Shown here: positions 34,175 through 41,384 of the stretch, in pieces
How positions within the stretch are numbered: the stretch's first letter is position 1
Layout of the letters: each line of letters starts with the position of its first letter
DNA from: an uncultured Alphaproteobacteria bacterium
GTDB lineage: Bacteria > Pseudomonadota > Alphaproteobacteria > UBA8366 > JADFVY01
Assembly: GCA_947259795.1 (NCBI GenBank)
Contig: CAMYNJ010000104.1
Span: 2,130 to 66,129 of the forward strand
Direction of reading: 5' to 3'
DNA length: 64,000 nucleotides
Made by a program: the position numbers and the translations under genes
Notes under the pieces: generated by a model
What the model was told of the DNA's origin: nothing
The model's database searches: none
Seen by the model: only the letters and a program-made list of their open reading frames with translations

Positions 34175-35686
34175 TCAGGCTCCTTGCCGGGCGCGCCGGG
34201 ATATCAGCTTGCGTGCGAACGGCAGGAAGAAGGTCAACAGGGTCGCGACAATCAGGATGACCGATGCCGGTCGGCCAAGCATGAAGCTCCACATTTGATT
34301 GTCGGAAATCATCTGCGTCATGTGGAAAGAGCGTTCGGCCGTGTCACCCAGCACCAGGGCGATGACCAGCGTCAGGCGCGGGTAGTCGAAGCGGATCATG
34401 ATATATCCCAGAATTCCCATGATCAGCGTCAGGATCACGTCGCCCGGCTTGCCTTCCAGCACATAGACGCCGGTCAGCGAAACCGCGATGACCACGGGCA
34501 CCAGGATATGGACATTCACGAAGGTAATCAGCACCAGCCAGCGCGCCAGCAGCAGCCCGATGATCGAGGCGCCGACCGCCGACAGGGTCAGCGCCACGAT
34601 CAGGCCGTAGATTTCGCGCTCGTTGTCCAGCAGGATCGTCGGGCCGGGATCGATGCCGTGCAGCACCAAAATTCCCAGGAACAGGGCGGTCTCGGCGCTG
34701 CCGGGAATGCCGAAGGCGACCGTGGGCACCAGCGATCCGCCATCCTTGGCGTTGTTGGCCGATTCCGGCGCGATCACCCCGACGATATTGCCCTTGCCGA
34801 AGCTTTCCGGTTCGCGCGAAGCCTGTACCGTGGAAGTATAGGCGATGAAGGAGGCGACGGTGCCGCCCAGCCCGGGAATCGCCCCGATGATGGTGCCGAT
34901 GACGGAGCCTCGGAGCAGTACCGTCCAATGCCGGAACACGGCGGCGACCCCGCTCCACAGGTCGGTAATGCGGCGGGTTATGCCATCATCGCCACCGCTG
35001 GCCACTGATCCGCCCTTCAGCGCCAGTTCGATCATCTGGCTGATCGCAAACATGCCGGTCAAGGTGGGGACCAACGGGATGCCATCCCACAGATAATTGA
35101 AATCCATGGTGTAGCGTTCCTCGCCGGTGATCATGTCGGTGCCGACGAACGCCAGAAACAGGCCCAATCCTCCGGCGATCAAGCCGCGCAACAGCTTGCC
35201 GCGCGCCGATATTGCAATGGCGGTGAGGCCGAGGAGGGTGAGCAGAAGAAACTCCGCCGGCCCGAACAGCAGAACGATCTCCTTGGCCAGCGGAATAAAC
35301 AGCAAAAGCGTGAACAGCCCGATCAGCCCGCCCATCGCCGAGGCGGTGGCCGAGGCCCCGATTGCCAGCCCCGCCTTGCCCTGCTGAGCCAGCGGGTAGC
35401 CGTCGAAAGTCGTGGCCGCGTTTGGCGCGGTGCCTGGCGTGTTGATCAGGATGGCGGTGATCGACCCGCCGAACGACGTGGCGCCCATCACGCCGCCGGC
35501 CAGATACATGGCGTCCAGCGGCTCCATCGAATAGGTCACCGGAATCAGCAGCGCCAGCGCCGTGGTGCCGCCCAGCCCCGGTATGACGCCGAAACATAGT
35601 CCCAGCGTTACGCCGATAAAAACATAGATCAGACTGCCGCTGCTCATTACTTCGGCAACGGCGCCGAAAAGAAGATCGAAACCCAT
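34175..35686 (-). CDS. tctA: TTT large permease TctA
   Basis: 503 aa with GVIPGLGGTTALALLIPVTYSMEP and PESANNAKDGGSLVPTVAFGIPGSA. Confidence 0.9.
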   Translation of the reverse strand: MGFDLLFGAVAEVMSSGSLIYVFIGVTLGLCFGVIPGLGGTTALALLIPVTYSMEPLDAMYLAGGVMGATSFGGSITAILINTPGTAPNAATTFDGYPLAQQGKAGLAIGASATASAMGGLIGLFTLLLFIPLAKEIVLLFGPAEFLLLTLLGLTAIAISARGKLLRGLIAGGLGLFLAFVGTDMITGEERYTMDFNYLWDGIPLVPTLTGMFAISQMIELALKGGSVASGGDDGITRRITDLWSGVAAVFRHWTVLLRGSVIGTIIGAIPGLGGTVASFIAYTSTVQASREPESFGKGNIVGVIAPESANNAKDGGSLVPTVAFGIPGSAETALFLGILVLHGIDPGPTILLDNEREIYGLIVALTLSAVGASIIGLLLARWLVLITFVNVHILVPVVIAVSLTGVYVLEGKPGDVILTLIMGILGYIMIRFDYPRLTLVIALVLGDTAERSFHMTQMISDNQMWSFMLGRPASVILIVATLLTFFLPFARKLISRRARQGA

Positions 35687-35716
35687 TACACCCGCGCCCG
35701 AACTTGAAAAAGGCGA

Positions 35717-35751
35717 ACGCGGCGCGCCGTCATCGAACGGGGGCGCGCCGC
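35717..35751 (-). promoter_or_regulatory. Intercistronic GC-rich hairpin between tctC and tctA
   Basis: CGCGGCGCGCC - 13-nt loop - GGCGCGCCGCG (11-bp stem), in the 81-bp tctC-tctA spacer. Confidence 0.5.
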
Positions 35752-35767
35752 GCCAGGTTACAAGACG

Positions 35768-36721
35768 TTACTTGGCGGCAACAAAGTCCTTGTATTGCCC
35801 GTAGAAGCCGTCGATCTCAGAAACCATTTTGGCGGCCCCGTCGGAATCGACCGGATCCAGCGTCACCCCGGCCTTGGCGGCCCATTCCTTGATCTCGGCC
35901 GAGTTCGCCGCCTCCAACAGCGCGTCGGACAGGCGCTTGCGGATATCGTCCGGCAGGCCCGGAGGTGCTGCGATCAGGCGGCGCAGGTTGAATTTCGACA
36001 ACTCGCCGTAGCCGATTTCACCGGTTGCCGCGGCGCCGTCGACCATCGCCTTGTCGGTATAGGTGGCGATAATGCGCAGATCGCCGGAATCAGCGTACTT
36101 ACCAAGCGAGCTGACGGGTTTCAGGGTGCCGTCGACCTCGCCACGCATGACCGCGATCATCGCGCCCTTGGAGCCCTTGTAGCCGGTCACGTTAACCAGC
36201 GGACAGTCGATCAACTGGAAGGAAATCTTCGCCACGATCGACGAAGTTGAGGATGCGCCCGTGTCCGATAGCTTGGCCGGCCGGCCCTGGCTGCATAGAT
36301 CCTTGAATGTCTTGATCGGCGAGTCACCCTTGACCGCGATACCGTAACTCTCCGTCGCCAGATTCGCCAGCCAGGTTACTTTGTCCAGCTCGAAGCCAAG
36401 GTCCTTGCCGGTCAGTGTGGAAACGGTGAACCCGGGCATGTTGTAAATGCCGATGGTGTAGCCGTCGGGCGCAGCCCGCGCCACGGTCGCCGCTCCCTTG
36501 GTGCCGCCGGCGCCGGGAATGTTTTCCGGCACCACTTCAGCCCCCAGTGCCTTTTCCAGCGCCGGCACGAACGCGCGCACGATGGTGTCGAACCCGCCGC
36601 CCGGGCTGTAGGGGATGATGAATTTGATCGGCTTGTCGTTCGGCCATTCCGCGGCGGCGGGATTTGCCGCGAACGCGACCATGACAGCCAGCAGGCTGCT
36701 TCCTATCCATTTGCACTTCAT
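35768..36721 (-). CDS. tctC: TctC/Bug-family substrate-binding protein
   Basis: It has the signal peptide MKCKWIGSSLLAVMVAFAANPAAA, then KPIKFIIPYSPGGGFDTIVRAFVPALEKALGAEVVPENIPGAGG. Confidence 0.9.
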   Translation of the reverse strand: MKCKWIGSSLLAVMVAFAANPAAAEWPNDKPIKFIIPYSPGGGFDTIVRAFVPALEKALGAEVVPENIPGAGGTKGAATVARAAPDGYTIGIYNMPGFTVSTLTGKDLGFELDKVTWLANLATESYGIAVKGDSPIKTFKDLCSQGRPAKLSDTGASSTSSIVAKISFQLIDCPLVNVTGYKGSKGAMIAVMRGEVDGTLKPVSSLGKYADSGDLRIIATYTDKAMVDGAAATGEIGYGELSKFNLRRLIAAPPGLPDDIRKRLSDALLEAANSAEIKEWAAKAGVTLDPVDSDGAAKMVSEIDGFYGQYKDFVAAK

Positions 36722-37055
36722 TGGTTGGTCTCCTTGTCCCTATCTGGTTTCGGCCCGGCTAGTTTCGGACCGGCCCCACCGAGTTGTTATATTTGCCCCC
36801 CAAAGCGGGGAGAGCGCACACTGTACCACGAGTTACCGAAGGCCGGGAGCGACCGTGACCGATAAAATCCGGCACAGATTCCTGACCGACCGCGACCGCC
36901 CGGCGATGGATGCCGCCGGTTGCGGCGCGCGCAGGGGTCCTGGCGAACGGCCCGTGGCGAGGCGGCCCGGAAAGCCGTTCCCCGCATCGCGGCGCCGATC
37001 GCGGCGGATTGCCACAAGATCGATTCTATCTGCCGGGCTGACATATCGTTTCCAC

Positions 37056-37571
37056 CTACCAGTTGGAAAAGCCGCGTTCGTCGAACAGCACGCCGCGATA
37101 GAGCTCGTAGTCGAGCAGAACTTCAAAGACTACGAATACGAAACCGAAAACGATGGCGCCGGCGGCGACGCATTCCAGCCAGCGCCGGCCGCCATGAAAC
37201 GCCATATACCCCATTACGAAAACGGGCACGCTCGGCAATATGCCAATCGTCAGCATGCCGGCGACGCAGCCGGTGACCCAGAGGACCTGGGCGATATCGG
37301 CCTTCCAGGCCGGATTATGCTTCATCTCGCGATTGCGAAAATCAGCGCCCCAGAAATCCTTCAGCATTTGCGAGAACGGCAAGTTCAGTCGGCTGAGAAT
37401 ATCGACGATGCAGAGCGCCAGCATGCCCCAGCCGACCAGCACCGGCACCAAACGCGCGGTTTCGCCATAGCTGTGCGACCAGAAAATCATCAGGGCCGAA
37501 AAACCGGCCAGCACGACAGCCGGCCAGATCGACCGCACAGCCTTCGGGGCCCTGTTGTCATCGCTGCTCAT
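37056..37571 (-). CDS. tctB: TctB-like small membrane subunit
   Basis: The start is MSSDDNRAPK at 37571. It has four hydrophobic segments, and SYGETARLVPVLVGWGMLALCIVD and GILPSVPVFVMGYMAFHGGRRW parallel the TctB at 22880 and the fused domain at 18.2-18.7 kb. Confidence 0.65.
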   Translation of the reverse strand: MSSDDNRAPKAVRSIWPAVVLAGFSALMIFWSHSYGETARLVPVLVGWGMLALCIVDILSRLNLPFSQMLKDFWGADFRNREMKHNPAWKADIAQVLWVTGCVAGMLTIGILPSVPVFVMGYMAFHGGRRWLECVAAGAIVFGFVFVVFEVLLDYELYRGVLFDERGFSNW

Positions 37572-37596
37572 TGCGCTCCCGCCCATCCCATCTTTT

Positions 37597-39093
37597 CTAT
37601 TCTCCGGGGAACAGCAGCGATTTGATGACCACGGGGACGGCGCCCGTCGCACGCAGCACTTCGCCGATGTCGATGAAATCGAACTCGCTCAGCTCGATCC
37701 CGTCGATGGAGATCAACGGGTTTTCCAGGCCTTCCTCCTGGCGGCAATGGATGCCGACCAGCCCGCCGATATCGCCGTCCACCACCAGGATCAGCGGGTG
37801 GCCACGGTCCAGTATCGGGCGCATGCCGGCGATCACGCCGCGGCTCAACCCTCTTAGCCGGTGGAACATGGCGGAGCCCTGCCAGGGGATAGTAACGGCC
37901 ACGGCTTCCTCGCCATGGGCCAGATCCATGCGGGTCAATGCCGTACCGACCTTGGCGGCGACGACGGTCTCGTCGATCTCGTCGCCGGAAAGATCGAGGT
38001 CCGGCGCGATAACCGGGACGTTCCGCACGGGTAAAACGTCCGGCGGATCCAGGAAGATCGTGCTGCCACTGACCTGGACCGTGTATTGCGACGCGCCGAC
38101 CACGGTGGCGCGGATGCCCTGATCGGCCATGGCGATCCGGACGCCCTTGCCTTCGACGAGCGCTCGCACGGCGTCGGCCAGGTCGGGGCCGAGATCGCGA
38201 AACCCGTCGGCTTCCCGCCCGTAAATGTATTCCGACACGCCGCCGGAAAAAGTTACGGAGGCAGGCTCGGCGGCGTTCAACGGCGGCAGGCGCAGCCAGT
38301 CGCCCAGTTCGGCGCCGCCGGCAGCTTCCATAATACGGCCGGCCATGCGCCCGGCAATGGCGCGCCTGGCCTCCGGCTCGCAGAGATCGCCGATATTCAA
38401 CGGCAGCCCCAACTCGTCCAGATAGCGCCGGCCGAAAGGTTCGATCCGCTCGATCCGGCTGTTGCCGTCGAACACCAGGAGGCGTGCGCCGGCCTCCACC
38501 GCCGTCAAGGATTCGGCCTCGCCGCCGCTGCACAACGCGATCTTCGTGGTGCCGCCGCCGATGTCGATATTCATGACCGACCCCCCGCCGTCCGCCGACA
38601 GGGCTAGCGCGCCGGACCCGTGGGCAGCCATCAGTGTTTCCAGCCCGTCGCCGGCGCTGACCGCGACGAATTTGCCCGTCTGCGCCGAGAACAGGTCGCC
38701 AATCGCCCGAGCATTGGCCCGCCGCACGGCGACCCCGGTCAGGATCAGGGCCCCTGTGTCGATATCGTTGGGACTCAATCCAGCGGCTTTATATTGCCGG
38801 TCGATGAAGTCGCCCAGCGCCTCGGCGTCGATATCCTCGCCGCCGCGATAGGGGGTCAACAGGATATCGGACTGATGCAGGATGCTGCGTTCCGCCACCA
38901 CATAGCGGGTGTCCAGGCGCTCCAGCAGGATTTTCGAGAACAACAGATGCGAGGTCGAAGAGCCGATATCGACGCCGACGCTGGTCAACTCGATCTCGTC
39001 TTCCTCGATGAGGCTCCGGCTGGCGTTACTGAAGAAGATCCGCCCGCCTTCGCTCGCCTCGTCGGTCACGCTTATGGGCTTGGCCGCGGTCAT
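37597..39093 (-). CDS. EutA-like ASKHA-fold ATPase (paralog 2, no His-rich tails)
   Basis: The start MTAAKPISV has its ATG overlapping the bicupin 2 stop as ATGA (39090-39093). Motifs are SVGVDIGSSTSHLLFSKI, DTGALILTGVA, MNIDIGGGTTKIAL, IRATVVGASQYTVQVSGST and VPVVIKSLLF. Confidence 0.8.
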   Translation of the reverse strand: MTAAKPISVTDEASEGGRIFFSNASRSLIEEDEIELTSVGVDIGSSTSHLLFSKILLERLDTRYVVAERSILHQSDILLTPYRGGEDIDAEALGDFIDRQYKAAGLSPNDIDTGALILTGVAVRRANARAIGDLFSAQTGKFVAVSAGDGLETLMAAHGSGALALSADGGGSVMNIDIGGGTTKIALCSGGEAESLTAVEAGARLLVFDGNSRIERIEPFGRRYLDELGLPLNIGDLCEPEARRAIAGRMAGRIMEAAGGAELGDWLRLPPLNAAEPASVTFSGGVSEYIYGREADGFRDLGPDLADAVRALVEGKGVRIAMADQGIRATVVGASQYTVQVSGSTIFLDPPDVLPVRNVPVIAPDLDLSGDEIDETVVAAKVGTALTRMDLAHGEEAVAVTIPWQGSAMFHRLRGLSRGVIAGMRPILDRGHPLILVVDGDIGGLVGIHCRQEEGLENPLISIDGIELSEFDFIDIGEVLRATGAVPVVIKSLLFPGE

Positions 39094-40298
39094 TCGCCGT
39101 CGGGTTTTTCGTACAGCGACGGGTCCATGCGGCTTTTGCCCTGGTTCAGCGCGATGCAGCCTTCGAACTCCTCGCGCAGATACGGGTCCTCCATCCAATA
39201 GGGAATCGAGGTGCCGCCCTCCGTGACGTCCATCGCGGTATAGTCGATCTGCTTTTCGCCGGGCCGCAGGCCGGTGACCAGGCTGGGATGGTTGGGCCCG
39301 AACCAGGCGGTCAGCCGGAACGGCTCGCCCGACGTGTTGAAATGTTGGTGATACCAGCGCGCGCCGCCCGGCGCCGCGCTGACCATGCCGACGGGTTCAT
39401 AGTCGACGCGCTGCACCTTGTCGCCGTGGCCGTCCTGCCACGGGGTGACGCCACATTCTTCCGGCCAGGTATAAGTATAACCCTTGCCCTTTACACAGAT
39501 CAGGATGGCGGCCGAGGTATGCGCATGCGCCTTGGAATAGCGTCCCGTCTCGTGCTGGCCGATCCACAGATAGAACTTGTTGCCGGTCATGAAGGGTTCC
39601 ACCCGGCGGTAGCCCGGCGAGCGGCGGTTATCCAGCGGCAGTTCGCAATTCATCACGTCGGGCACCAAATTGGTGCGCCGCATGGCCAGGCCGCGGATCG
39701 GATCAGGCTCCAGATCCTCGACCGGCTTGTAGAAGTCCTCCGACGAGGAATAGCGGTCGGTGAAATTGTAGGGGCAGTCAAAGATGAAATTGGTGTTGCC
39801 GACCAGGTTCATCAGGTTCGGCGCCGTCGTGCCGGCCAGTAGCAGGGCCGGGCTGGAGGTCGCATTGACGATGCGGTGGTAGGCATTGACGGGAATCGAA
39901 AACAGCGATCCCTGCTGCCACTCGAAAACATGTTTCCTGCCGCCTTCTTCAAGCCAGACTTCGGTAGAGCCGCGGCCTTCGACGACCAGGAAGATTTCCT
40001 CATAGATGTGTTTTTCGACGTTCAGCGCGCCGGCGCCCGGCACCTCCACGACGTAAGAGCCCCATTTACCCTCGGTGCCGTACAGCTGGATGTAGTGGCC
40101 GCGTCCGCCCATGCGGGGCCAGTCGTGAAGCGGCAAATTCTGCACCTTGCTGATGCCTATATCGCGATAGACCGGGATGCCTTCGGCTTCCATGAAACGG
40201 TCGTAATCCATCTGCGGTTGGCCAAACTTGCCGAACCCGGCGCGTTCGCCCGCCGTCGGTTCATGCCAATGGACCGTGCCTTCCAGGTCATGCGGCAT
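39090..40298 (-). CDS. Bicupin protein 2 (HQHFN cupin family)
   Basis: 402 aa. The N-terminal barrel is NVEKHIYEEIFLVVEGRG ... AYHRIVN. The C-terminal barrel is SKAHAHTSAAILICVKGKG ... RWYHQHFN. It is a paralog of 30550-31671. Confidence 0.8.
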   Translation of the reverse strand: MPHDLEGTVHWHEPTAGERAGFGKFGQPQMDYDRFMEAEGIPVYRDIGISKVQNLPLHDWPRMGGRGHYIQLYGTEGKWGSYVVEVPGAGALNVEKHIYEEIFLVVEGRGSTEVWLEEGGRKHVFEWQQGSLFSIPVNAYHRIVNATSSPALLLAGTTAPNLMNLVGNTNFIFDCPYNFTDRYSSSEDFYKPVEDLEPDPIRGLAMRRTNLVPDVMNCELPLDNRRSPGYRRVEPFMTGNKFYLWIGQHETGRYSKAHAHTSAAILICVKGKGYTYTWPEECGVTPWQDGHGDKVQRVDYEPVGMVSAAPGGARWYHQHFNTSGEPFRLTAWFGPNHPSLVTGLRPGEKQIDYTAMDVTEGGTSIPYWMEDPYLREEFEGCIALNQGKSRMDPSLYEKPDGE

Positions 40299-40360
40299 CG
40301 TCTCCAGCCTCCCGTTTCCTGCCCAGGCTGACAGTATGACGCAAAACCGGTTTCGTCAAC

Positions 40361-40385
40361 GGGACGACGGTCCGTATAGCGGAAC
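40361..40385 (+). promoter_or_regulatory. Tripartite operator site 7
   Basis: GGGAC GAC GGTCC GTATAGC GGAAC, 63 nt upstream of the bicupin 2 start. Confidence 0.65.
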
Positions 40386-40427
40386 AATCGTGAGGAGATT
40401 TTCAATGGCGAGGCACGTCCTGAATTC

Positions 40428-41345
40428 TCAGCCCGCCGCCACCGCCACGACGCCCAGTGTCGCGAACAGCGCCGCCAGCAAAACCACGGCATCCGGCCGC
40501 TTCTCGGTGCGGAAGACGACGATTGACAGGAAGGCGGCGACAAACACTTCCAGCGACGAGACCATAACGACTGTCGAAATCCGTTCCACTGCCAGCGCGG
40601 CGAAGAACAATATCTGGCCGAAGGAAATCAATATTCCGGCCCCCACCATCCAGCGGTCGACGCCGGTGAAGACGGCGCGAAAATCGTGCCGCCGGCGCGG
40701 AATGAAAAGGGCGATCAGGATGAAGAAGGCCAGGGCGGTCAGGGCGCTGATCATGGTGCCGAAAGCCGGCGCGGCGACCGCATCGAGCCCCTGTTTGCGG
40801 AAAATATACGAAGTCGCGTAGGACAGCGCTGACGCTACCCCCCAGATGTATTGGTAGGGCGGGGGTTCGGCGCTGTCGGCGTCGGCCTGATGTTTCATGA
40901 AGGACTGACGGATCAGGATGCCGAATGCCAGCGCCACCAGAACCATGCCGATGCCGTCGAATCCGCTGATCGCCTCATGCAGGAAGACGAAGGCCAGCAG
41001 GACCGAAAAGAAGGGGTTCAGGCGCTTGACGGCCGAAGCGCGGGTGACACCGAGCTGTTGAATCGACACATAGAGGAACTTGCGCCCCAGCGCCACGGAG
41101 AAGACGCCCGACAGCGCAAACATCGCAAGGCTGAAGAGCGTAACCGGGCTGTCCACGCTCGTCGAGCGTCCTGCTTCCAGCAGCAGCCAGACCAGGCAGG
41201 AAATGGCGACCGTGAAGAGAACCGACAGGATCACGCCTCGGTCGTCGCCTGCCCTGACGGCGCTTTTCGATACGAAGACCTGCCCACAGGCGAAACAGGA
41301 AGCCGAAAGCAGCGCCAGCCCGGTGCCGAGCAACGTGCCGCTCAT
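40428..41345 (-). CDS. EamA/DMT-superfamily transporter
   Basis: 305 aa with about ten hydrophobic segments and a two-EamA-repeat layout. Confidence 0.85.
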   Translation of the reverse strand: MSGTLLGTGLALLSASCFACGQVFVSKSAVRAGDDRGVILSVLFTVAISCLVWLLLEAGRSTSVDSPVTLFSLAMFALSGVFSVALGRKFLYVSIQQLGVTRASAVKRLNPFFSVLLAFVFLHEAISGFDGIGMVLVALAFGILIRQSFMKHQADADSAEPPPYQYIWGVASALSYATSYIFRKQGLDAVAAPAFGTMISALTALAFFILIALFIPRRRHDFRAVFTGVDRWMVGAGILISFGQILFFAALAVERISTVVMVSSLEVFVAAFLSIVVFRTEKRPDAVVLLAALFATLGVVAVAAG

Positions 41346-41384
41346 TCTTGATCCACCGGGCCCGGCCTATAGAGCGCCACCACC

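Noticed and set aside
36615-37625. 336-aa plus-strand ORF crossing the tctC-tctB gap
   Set aside because: It overlaps two well-supported minus-strand genes, and its translation is Arg/Ala/Pro-rich without motifs. It is a shadow ORF.
31810-39093. Reading the EutA-like genes as evidence for an ethanolamine-utilisation (eut) locus
   Set aside because: No eutB, eutC, eutL/K/M/N shell genes, eutR/VW regulators or cobalamin genes occur in the window. The neighbours are cupins and TTT transporters.
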